Source: an uncultured Lachnospiraceae bacterium
GTDB taxonomy: Bacteria > Bacillota > Clostridia > Lachnospirales > Lachnospiraceae
Length of the DNA: 64,000 nucleotides
Assembly: GCA_934293375.1 (NCBI GenBank)
Contig: CAKQYS010000003.1
Location: forward strand, 70,441-134,440
Direction: 5' to 3'
Shown: piece by piece, positions 38,567 through 47,300 of the stretch
Numbering within the stretch: position 1 is the first letter of the stretch
Layout: each line of letters starts with the position of its first letter
Translations under genes and position numbers: made by a program
Notes under the pieces: model-generated
Seen by the model: the letters and a program-made list of their open reading frames with translations, nothing else
The model's database searches: none
Told to the model about the DNA's origin: nothing

Positions 38567-39670
38567 TTATGAATTTTGTGATAAGGAGTATTTTTTCATC
38601 AGTTCACGAATCGTAGTTTCATCTTCTTCCAGCATATCTGCGATGTCTGGAATATGCATTCCTTTGCTGAGTTTAGCTGTGATTAAGGCTACCAATTGTT
38701 GCTCAATGCCCTGTTCAATGCCCTGTTCGATACCTTGTTCAATGCCCTGTTCAATGCCCTGTTCGATGCCCTGTTCGATGCCTTGTTCGATGCCTTGTTC
38801 GATTCCCTGTTCGATGCCTTGTTCAATGCCTTGTTTAAAGCCGTCTTCCAGACCTTGTTTAGTTGCCCGTTCATAGAGAACTTCGCCCCAATTGCACATA
38901 TTGTTAACCTCCTGTTCTGTATCAGGTATCTCCATTATGAGACCATGTTTTTCTTGTAATTGTTTCTTAACTTCTGTTGGTTCCCTTTTAGATACAAGGG
39001 TTTCAAGCATCTGGATCAATTCATTACGGGACTCTGCTACATTTTCAGATTCGCGAATGCGGATGATGTATGCTTCCATTTTGTCAAATTGTTTGTACTG
39101 TACATCTTTGCCGTATAGAGTATCCGGTTTGAATGTAAATTTTGTGATCCCATCAGCATCTTGTGATGCGTCCATACAGATCCATATGCTGGTCACCTTT
39201 TTGATATCGTCATAATGATCCTTGGAAAATTCCTGCGTTTTCTGCGCAGAGATCATCCGTGCCAGATAGTACTGGACACGGTTTTCAATGTGATACTTTA
39301 GTCGACCGGGATCTGTTGACTTTTGCGCTTCGAGATTCAGTAGTATTCGGATTGGTTCATCACCGTAACAAACAGAAAAACGAATGTCATATCGGATCTC
39401 GCCTTCGCCCGGAACCAGATCAACTGTCTGCTCCCCGATATCCCGGTTAAGATTGGAATATCCCGGATCCAATCTGGTATCCTGAATGGAAATATCACAG
39501 ATAGCAGCCATCATAGTCGGCATATCCCAACCGGAAAATTCGTCCATGGTGTGGATCAGTATATATGACAGGATCTGTGGATCTGCCAGCAGTCGGCATA
39601 CATTTTCGTTGTAACGGCGAATCAATTCGTCCGTTGTCTCGACCGATATGGCCAAGCGCGTTTTGCTCAT
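38567..39670 (-). CDS. Rpn/YhgA-like PD-(D/E)XK nuclease-family putative transposase with a C-terminal (GIEQ)n repeat
   Basis: PD-(D/E)XK-like core (IRYDIRF ... LLNLEAQK). The C-terminus has 11 perfect GIEQ units, as is typical for this family. AAAGGAGG RBS before ATG 39670. Confidence 0.7.
   Translation of the reverse strand: MSKTRLAISVETTDELIRRYNENVCRLLADPQILSYILIHTMDEFSGWDMPTMMAAICDISIQDTRLDPGYSNLNRDIGEQTVDLVPGEGEIRYDIRFSVCYGDEPIRILLNLEAQKSTDPGRLKYHIENRVQYYLARMISAQKTQEFSKDHYDDIKKVTSIWICMDASQDADGITKFTFKPDTLYGKDVQYKQFDKMEAYIIRIRESENVAESRNELIQMLETLVSKREPTEVKKQLQEKHGLIMEIPDTEQEVNNMCNWGEVLYERATKQGLEDGFKQGIEQGIEQGIEQGIEQGIEQGIEQGIEQGIEQGIEQGIEQGIEQQLVALITAKLSKGMHIPDIADMLEEDETTIRELMKKYSLSQNS
38699..38842 (-). 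repeat. 12 tandem 12-bp units encoding GFKQ followed by 11 GIEQ, inside the Rpn-like gene
   Basis: Read directly from the sequence. The units vary only at synonymous positions (GGC/GGT/GGA, ATT/ATC, GAA/GAG, CAA/CAG). Confidence 0.95.
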
Positions 39671-39963
39671 GTGCATTCCTCCTTTGATATCAGGAGACAA
39701 CATGAGTCAATTATCCCCTGTTTTTATTGTGATAAATGTGGAACAAAAGCAGAGAATAATATAATATTAAAAGATATCAATTATGGGATGACGACTCAGC
39801 CGGATATGCGAATCCGTTCGTCTGCAAATGAAAATCTGCTTTGAATGCATTTTAACATATCATGTATAAAAAAGCAAGCAATTTATATATTGTATTTTAA
39901 ATTTATGGGGCGGGAAATCAATACTACGAAGGAAAGTGTGAGAAAAATTATAGCAACGCTCAC

Positions 39964-39992
39964 TTGACGCTTTATTGGTTTCCCATTACAAT
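39964..39992 (+). promoter_or_regulatory. Putative sigma-A promoter of tetR (and possibly of the whole tetR-maf-greA-SMC-like gene string)
   Basis: TTGACG - 17 nt - TACAAT. A short inverted repeat GAGAC-TTTTT-GTCTC at 39999-40013 lies just downstream. Confidence 0.65.
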
Positions 39993-40045
39993 AGAAATGA
40001 GACTTTTTGTCTCGGGGGAAATACAAAAGAGTGAGGAAGGCAAAC

Positions 40046-40732
40046 ATGAGAGATCCGGTTAAAGTAAAGAAAGAGATGGAAGAGAAGGATCAAATAATAT
40101 TAGAAGCAGCATTTCAAATATTTGTGGAGAAGAAGATAGAAGCAGTTAGTATGGATGAGATTGCCAGAGCTGCGAATGTGGGAAGAGCAACATTGTTCAG
40201 ACATTATGCCAGTAAACCGGAACTGGTAATTGCTGTGAATACGAAGCAGTGGGGAGATTATCTGAGTGCAGTGGATGCGGTTCGTCCAATTTCTTCCATT
40301 CATGAGATTCCTGCTATTGACAGATTGATTTTCACAATGGACAGTTATATTGATATGTATCAAAAGCGTAAGGATCTGCTGCAGTTTAATGATAATTTCA
40401 ATCATTATGTGAGCCATGCAGGGAGAAATCACGAAAAGCTGCAAGGGTTCCATAACTCTTTGTATTCCGCAGATACAAGATTCCGTTTAATGTTTGAAAA
40501 GGCGAAGGAAGATCATACATTCCGGACAGATATCCCACGGGAGCAGTTCTTCCGCGTGACGGTACACACGATGATGACGGCCTGTGCGTATTATGCAGGT
40601 GGTTTTATCTGGGGTTCGGAAGAGAATAGAGATTATACGGATGAATTGGTATTATTAAAGGATATGATTCTCGGATATGCAACAGCAGGAAACTGTAAGA
40701 AGAAATATCATAAGGAGTCTGCCGGAAAATGA
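40046..40732 (+). CDS. TetR/AcrR-family transcriptional regulator
   Basis: HTH MDEIARAANVGRATLFRHYASK. GAGGAAGG RBS. A consensus-like promoter lies 55 nt upstream. Confidence 0.85.
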   Translation: MRDPVKVKKEMEEKDQIILEAAFQIFVEKKIEAVSMDEIARAANVGRATLFRHYASKPELVIAVNTKQWGDYLSAVDAVRPISSIHEIPAIDRLIFTMDSYIDMYQKRKDLLQFNDNFNHYVSHAGRNHEKLQGFHNSLYSADTRFRLMFEKAKEDHTFRTDIPREQFFRVTVHTMMTACAYYAGGFIWGSEENRDYTDELVLLKDMILGYATAGNCKKKYHKESAGK

Positions 40733-40763
40733 AATTCCTGATATGGAAAGTGAGGAAGTATAG

Positions 40764-41405
40764 ATGAAGGCGTTAATTCATGCAAAGACAATGCCTTACC
40801 GTGTGATCCTGGCATCTAAGTCTCCCCGTAGAAGAGAGCTGCTGGCAAAATTGGGGTTCCCTTATGAGGTGATACCTGCACGGGGAGAGGAAGAGCATAC
40901 GGGGAATGATTTTTGTGAACTGGCGATGCATCTGGCAAAGCAGAAGGCATTGGAGGTTTATGAAATGGTGAACGAGCAGGGTGATACACGAACACCGCTG
41001 CTTGTGATTGGTGCGGATACGATCGTGGTGTATCAGAATGAACTGTTATGCAAGCCAAAAGATGCGAAAGATGCGTTCCGGATGCTTTCCATGTTGTCAG
41101 GTAATACGCATAAAGTATATACAGGCGTGAGTTTTTGCTTCCATACAGAAGATGCTCCGGATGTGATGCAAACACATACATTTGTAGAGTGCACAGATGT
41201 TATGTTTGAGGAACTGACAGCACCGGAGATTGATGCGTACATCGCAAGTGGAGATCCGTTTGACAAGGCAGGTGCATATGGTATTCAAGGAGAGTTTGCG
41301 ATTCATGTGAAGGGAATCTGTGGCGATTATAATAATGTCGTAGGGCTTCCGATTGCAAGGGTATATCATGAGCTTCGGAAATTGAATATATTATATTTTA
41401 TGTAG
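40764..41405 (+). CDS. maf: Maf-family nucleoside triphosphate pyrophosphatase
   Basis: VILASKSPRRRELL, GADTIV and KAGAYGIQG motifs. Confidence 0.9.
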   Translation: MKALIHAKTMPYRVILASKSPRRRELLAKLGFPYEVIPARGEEEHTGNDFCELAMHLAKQKALEVYEMVNEQGDTRTPLLVIGADTIVVYQNELLCKPKDAKDAFRMLSMLSGNTHKVYTGVSFCFHTEDAPDVMQTHTFVECTDVMFEELTAPEIDAYIASGDPFDKAGAYGIQGEFAIHVKGICGDYNNVVGLPIARVYHELRKLNILYFM

Positions 41406-41423
41406 CAAAATGGGGTGAAATTT

Positions 41424-41927
41424 ATGTATCATGAATTGACAGAGACTGATATCAAGAAGATGGAGGAAGAGATTGAACATCGCAAGGTTGTGGTCAGAAA
41501 GCAGCTTTTAGAGGCGGTGAAGGAGGCAAGAGCGCAGGGAGACCTAAGTGAGAATTTTGAGTATTATGCTGCAAAGCGTGAGAAGAATAAAAATGAGAGT
41601 CGTATCCGCTATTTAGAGCGGGAGATCCGGACGGCGAAGATGATCGAAGATACCTCGAAGGAAGATGAAATCGGATTATTTAATACAGTTACCCTTTATT
41701 ATGAGGATGACGATGAGGAGGAAACGGTCAAAATCGTGACGAGTCTCAGAGTGGATGCAATGGTTGGAAAGATCAGCAATGTTTCTCCGATTGGCAAAGC
41801 AATCATGGGACATAAGGTTGGTGACCGTGTATTTGTAGAGGTTTCAAAAGGAAATGGCTATTATGTGGTGATTCGAAAGATAGAGAAGACGGTAGATGAC
41901 GGTTCAGATGAACTTCGGGAGTTCTAA
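41424..41927 (+). CDS. greA: GreA-family transcript cleavage/elongation factor
   Basis: The coiled-coil tip carries acidic residues (QGDLSENFEYYAAKRE). The C-terminal globular domain contains VSPIGKAIMGHKVGDRV. Confidence 0.85.
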   Translation: MYHELTETDIKKMEEEIEHRKVVVRKQLLEAVKEARAQGDLSENFEYYAAKREKNKNESRIRYLEREIRTAKMIEDTSKEDEIGLFNTVTLYYEDDDEEETVKIVTSLRVDAMVGKISNVSPIGKAIMGHKVGDRVFVEVSKGNGYYVVIRKIEKTVDDGSDELREF

Positions 41928-41948
41928 GAAATCCGGACAGGAGAGAAT

Positions 41949-43568
41949 ATGGCAGCACTAAAGCATGTAATGATCAATGATATCATAGAGGATCAGAATA
42001 TCCGGATGCAGAATTTACGGAAGTATTATCCGTTTTTTTGTCTGTGCGATACTGCATTTTCCCAGTATAGGGAGGGCAGATATGCAAGGCTTGATATGGG
42101 ATATATCACGATGGCGACTCTACGGTTTTTCATTAATGAGAATAATTTTAATGAGAGGGAGGTCACATACGGTCAGTATGAGACCTTCTTAATTGAGCTG
42201 TTACGACGGGATTACGATCTGAAGGAGACCCCGGAAGAGGAGCGTGCATTAGCAGCATATATATTTGATAAGATCAAGAATGATGGACGAGCATTTGAAT
42301 TCACTTTCTATGACCCGGATACAAAACAGAACAAGACGGCACGTGTAAAGTATATTGACAGTCATATTGTAGATGGCGAGGTCAGGTATCATATTACCTC
42401 AGAAGGTATCGAGTTCTATCTGGATACAAAGGAGATGAAGGAGGAGAGCAAGATCAGTGTACAGCAGCTTCTGCTGGGCAAGCTGATCACGGCAAAGAAC
42501 TTCAAGGGCGGCATCGAAGTGGTCAAGCGGATCAACAGCGAGGTGAGCAAGCTCATTTATGAAAAGCAGGAAGTATTGCATATCTTGAACTACGATGTGT
42601 TTGCGGGTGCAAAAGCCTGCGAGGATTATATGGAAACAGCAGCAAGATGGTTTGAACAGGAACAAAAGCTGTTTACAAAGAACCAACAGCTGATCGAGCA
42701 GGCATTAAAAACAGCGACGGGTGACCGTGATGCAGAGGGCAGGGATGAGTTTTATAAATCATTAGAGGATATTCATACCCTAGAGACAGAGCTTAAGAAG
42801 ACGATCAAGAAACATAGTGATCTGATCGGGGAAACGATTGCTTTGCAGAGTGCATCGGATAAGATTATCAGTAGAGCGAAGTTTCGAAAACTTCGAAATG
42901 TATTTGATTTTAAGGAAAGTCTGTTAAAGGTGCAGAAACAGGATCATCCTGCACTTATGGGAAATGTTCTGGCACCATTGTTTGCACCGCGGCTCAAGAA
43001 GACATTTACTGTCAGAGAGATTGATAATATGCTGACATACAGGCAGGATATGTCAGATCCGGGTGAGAAGATTATAAAGGAAACATTTGATCAGGATTTT
43101 GTATATGAAGATGAGCTGGTGGATCAGAGGATTGCAAGAAACTATGAACGCATTTTTATGGTGCTTCTTGATCAGCTTATGAAGAAACATACATTAGATT
43201 TGAACATACTCAACGGTATATTAGAGATTAAGTTTGGAGAAGAGCTTTTTGTCAACGGTGATTATTATGGATTTCTGTCGCATTTGTCTCAGAAACACTG
43301 TTATGATATGGCGAAACTGTTAGAACGGCAGGATACTTTCCTAGAGGGGATTATCAGTGACAGTATGACTGAAAATGAGAGGGCCAGGTATGGAAATATG
43401 GTATTTGAGATTTCATTTTTACCGCAAGAGAAAATCAATTTAAGCAGCTATGTGACAGAGGTAAAAAAGGCGAGAGGACAGACCTTGCCTAGAGAGCAGA
43501 TGCTTGCAGGGGACGAGCGGTTTGTCGTTACGAATATGCGGTTTTCATTGATTGAGGAGGGAGTATAG
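41949..43568 (+). CDS. MukF/MksF/JetA-like (kleisin-position) subunit of an SMC-like module, 539 aa
   Basis: It is the first gene of a three-gene set with F-E-B order and sizes. The protein is largely helical and charged, with a long central helical region. It starts 21 nt after greA with a GGAGAG RBS. The function is assigned from position and size only. Confidence 0.45.
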   Translation: MAALKHVMINDIIEDQNIRMQNLRKYYPFFCLCDTAFSQYREGRYARLDMGYITMATLRFFINENNFNEREVTYGQYETFLIELLRRDYDLKETPEEERALAAYIFDKIKNDGRAFEFTFYDPDTKQNKTARVKYIDSHIVDGEVRYHITSEGIEFYLDTKEMKEESKISVQQLLLGKLITAKNFKGGIEVVKRINSEVSKLIYEKQEVLHILNYDVFAGAKACEDYMETAARWFEQEQKLFTKNQQLIEQALKTATGDRDAEGRDEFYKSLEDIHTLETELKKTIKKHSDLIGETIALQSASDKIISRAKFRKLRNVFDFKESLLKVQKQDHPALMGNVLAPLFAPRLKKTFTVREIDNMLTYRQDMSDPGEKIIKETFDQDFVYEDELVDQRIARNYERIFMVLLDQLMKKHTLDLNILNGILEIKFGEELFVNGDYYGFLSHLSQKHCYDMAKLLERQDTFLEGIISDSMTENERARYGNMVFEISFLPQEKINLSSYVTEVKKARGQTLPREQMLAGDERFVVTNMRFSLIEEGV

Positions 43569-43569
43569 G

Positions 43570-44286
43570 ATGGACAGTCGAAATCTGGATAAGGCATTGG
43601 ATATCTATGCGAAGCTGATCATGGGCGAAGAAGTCAGGAAAGGTGATCGGGAAAATGGGCATCTGTATGACGAATATTTTCAGAATGCAGAAGTGTATGA
43701 GATTACCGGACAGATCATGAAGAAGCTGAACCTTACAATATATGAGTATCAGGATGCATTGTATCTGACAGCGGGAGAGGGAAATCATGTTTTCGGTTAT
43801 ACCAACGAGGAACTGAAACGGATCATGGGACTGCGGTATAATAAAGAGCTTTATCTGGTTTATTATATTATATATCAGGTTTTGTTGTCGTTTTATAATG
43901 ACTCAGCAGCGTATCAGTTTCAGGAATTCGTGAAGTTGGAAAATGTGTTGGATGAGGTGTCAAAGTCTCTGACGGGTATTCTCAAGGAACTGTCTATCTA
44001 CAATATGGATCAAGTGGAGGAAAACAGTTTTAAGACGATCGCACTGTTGTGGGATGAGTTGCCGACCGCCTCAAAGGAAGACCGGGATAAGCTGCGTGCA
44101 TCGAGAAATTCTCGCGCGGGATTATGTAAGATCGCATTCAATTTCCTGCTGTCACAGGGATTGTTTTTAGAGGTAGAAGACCGGTATTATCCGACCGACC
44201 GGTTTAAAGCATTGGTTGAGAATTATTTTGAGGAATACAGAGGACGGCTTTATGAGGTATTATCAGGGGTGTCTGAGAATGAGTAG
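43570..44286 (+). CDS. MukE/MksE/JetB-like small acidic subunit, 238 aa
   Basis: ATG lies 1 nt after the upstream stop and is preceded by GAGGAGGGA. Its size and its position between the kleisin-like and SMC-like genes match MukE/JetB. Confidence 0.45.
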   Translation: MDSRNLDKALDIYAKLIMGEEVRKGDRENGHLYDEYFQNAEVYEITGQIMKKLNLTIYEYQDALYLTAGEGNHVFGYTNEELKRIMGLRYNKELYLVYYIIYQVLLSFYNDSAAYQFQEFVKLENVLDEVSKSLTGILKELSIYNMDQVEENSFKTIALLWDELPTASKEDRDKLRASRNSRAGLCKIAFNFLLSQGLFLEVEDRYYPTDRFKALVENYFEEYRGRLYEVLSGVSENE

Positions 44287-44300
44287 AAAGGAGAAGCAGG

Positions 44301-47300
44301 ATGCCAAGTATCAATAGAATACGAGTTAATAATGTAAAATATAATTTTGGCACGCAGCAGTACGATGATTTTGTCATGCGTATGTACGGCAGGAATACCT
44401 TGTATGATCTGGCAAATGGTGGTGGAAAGAGTGTGTTGATGCTGCTTCTTTTACAGAACCTGATTCCAAACTGTACACTGGACGAGAAGCAGCCGATCGA
44501 GAAGCTGTTTCGAAATGGAGGGGGCAATACAGTCATTCATTCTCTGATCGAGTGGAAGCTTGACGATGAAGAGAATGGTGAGGGGTATCGTTATATGACG
44601 ACCGGATTCTGTGCGAGGAAGGCAAAGGATCAGGCAGAGGGACAGGAAACTGCGAGAAAGGATACTGCATCAATTGAATATTTTAATTACTGCATCCGGT
44701 ATCGGGAATACAATCGAAATGATATTGTGAATCTGCCACTGTCACAAAATGGAGAACACATTTCATTTACAGGACTGAGAAATTATTTAAAGGATCTTTC
44801 ACGCAAAGATCTGAATCTGGATATTCAGGTGTTTGATCGTAAGGGAGAATATCAAAGATATATTAGTCAGTATGGCCTGTATGAAAGCCATTGGGAGATC
44901 ATTCGTGGAATCAATAAAACCGAGGGACATGTCAGAACATATTTTGAAAGTAATTACAGGACGGCGAGAAAGGTTGTAGAGGATCTGCTGATTGAAGAAA
45001 TCATTGAGAAAGCATATCTGGTGAAGACAGAGCAGAATGAAGATTCCCAGGACATGGCCAAGAATCTGTTGGATATTAAGGACAAACTGATGGAGCTGAC
45101 AAAGAAGAAGCGGGATATTGCAAATTACGACCGTCAGACCGAACTGATCCATGTACTAGAGGGACGGGTGACATCCTTTCTCAATTTATTTGAGCAGCGG
45201 GATAAGATGAAGCAGACCATTGCCAATGTCTATGTGACGGGAAAGGCGGTTACAGAGGAAGATGAGATCAAGCTGGCAGGATTTGAGAAGCAGAAGGAAG
45301 ATAAGCTTAAGGAAAAAGAAAAGAAGTTAAAAGAGTTAGAAGCTCTGAAAATCCGGGAAATGGAGTATGAGAAGGATGCTCTAATGGATGGAATAGAGGA
45401 GCTTTTGCGTTTGGTGGGTGAAAATAAATCTGAATATCAGGAGACTCTTAACGAGCTGAAATGGAAAGAGTCCATGAATGATTATATGGACTATAAAAGG
45501 GATGCTGCAGCAGTTCGTGAAAATGAATCTGTTTTGCGTGCAGCCCAGACGGATTCCAGAACAGATGTATCGAAACTTCGCCAGCTGGCTTATGTAAGAA
45601 AATGTATGAATGATGAGCAGGATGCGGTTGATCAGAAGACGATTCAGACAGAACGGGTGCGCCAGGAGCAGCTGGGAGAAAGATATAAGACAGAGTCAGA
45701 GCAGCTTAGTGAGGCGCAGATCAGTCTGTCTGTTGCGGAAAATGATGTGAAGCGTTGTAAAGAAGAGGCCCGGGAACTTTTGTCTACAATCAGCCAGCTC
45801 AAGTCGAATACCAGCATTTTGATGCTGGCAGATGCGGAAGAACTGATAATTTCAAATGAACAGGCAATTGCGGCATGTAAGAAAACGATAGAGGATGCTG
45901 AGAGCCGGAAGAAGACGCATACGAAGACATATTATGATCAGTTGCATGAAGCAGACAGACTGGAGCTTGGCCTGTCTTCGGCAAAGGCGGATCTGAAGGT
46001 GCGACAGGAGCAGATGGATCGGTATCTGGATAATGCGGACCGCATTCAGAATATGCTGAGAATTTATAATGTGCCGGAGCAAAAGGAACTTTTGTCAGCG
46101 ATCAATAAGCGTTGTATGCAATGTATTGTAGATGTGACCAATAAGCAGGATACCTTAAAGCAGTTGGTAAGGCGGAGAGCAGATCTTGCAGAGGACCGTA
46201 TCATCGGTGAGACAGCTGCTGTCGCAAAGGTGAAGGAATATATCGAGACACGGCATAATGAGAGTGCGGTATCCGGTATGGATTATCTGGCTGCAAGAGA
46301 TACTGCACAGAGGGAACAGCTTTTGGAAGGATATCCATTGCTGCCATATGGTGTTGTAGTTAAGAATTTCGACTTCTTGTCAACAGATGATGCAATCTAT
46401 GAATTGCAGCTTGGCGATTACGCTGTGCCGGTTTTTAGTGAAGCGCTGTTGTATAACCCAATGGGAAGAAATTACGATGATTCCGTAATGTTTATTTCCA
46501 AGGGAAAGATGCATTTCACAGACGAGACACTGCTGAAAAAGGCAAGAGAACAGCTTGAAAATGAAATTAAAGAATGTGAAGAATCCATCAGAAGACTGAC
46601 TGAAATGGGTCTGACATATGAAGAGGATATGGAATATATCAGCAGTCTGGGTGCTTCTGTGTCGATTCAGACAATGGATGCCGTGAATGAAAAGAAAGCG
46701 GAGGTTGTTGCGCTGGAAAAGAAGCAGAATGCATATAAGGATGGATGTCATGATCTGTTGTTGGCGATCGAGCAGGATGAGCAGGCAGTTCAGACTGCAA
46801 GACAGGAACTTGATAAGCTTTTGCAGACAGAGAAGAATCTGGTTGCGGTGAAGGTAGTAAGTGATCGTATTGTGAAACTTGATCAGGAAAAGCAGGACCG
46901 GGAAGCGGATGTAAAGCGTTTGATGCAGACGATAGCCGCTCTTAAGAAGCGTGTTGAGGAGTCCGGCATGGAGTATGATGATGTGACGGGCAGGATTGAG
47001 ACTCTGGAACAGACAGTCAATGCTCGAAGACAGGAATGGCAGAAGCTGTATGCGGATTATTATGTAGATGGCAGCTACGAAATGCTGTTGATGTCGGATG
47101 AGGAACTGAATGCTGCATTCAAGGCAGCGAAAGCGGTATATGAGCGTGAAAACATTGTACTTGCAGATAAGAAGCAGCTGATCGAGACATTGCATCAGAG
47201 TATGAAAAGATTGCAGCGGTCGATTGAACGCCGGGACATCAGTATGGAACAGCTTGCGCAGATGGATGAAGATCATAAGCTGTATACAATTGGCGAGCAG

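Noticed and set aside
38699-38842. Possible CRISPR array or phase-variable simple-sequence tract.
   Set aside because: The units are 12 bp, contiguous with no spacers, in frame within a CDS, and differ at wobble positions. It is neither a CRISPR array nor an obvious slippage tract.
38643-38959. Plus-strand ORFs translating to CSMPCSMPCS... and LFNALFDALF... repeats.
   Set aside because: These are antisense or frame-shifted readings of the (GIEQ)n tandem repeat inside the minus-strand Rpn-like gene. They have no independent start signals.
46380-47276. 298-aa minus-strand ORF inside the SMC-like gene.
   Set aside because: It is an antisense shadow of a long, compositionally biased coiled-coil coding region. 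Its composition (L/I/F/Q/H-rich) is implausible, it has no RBS, and it is fully contained in a much longer, well-supported ORF.
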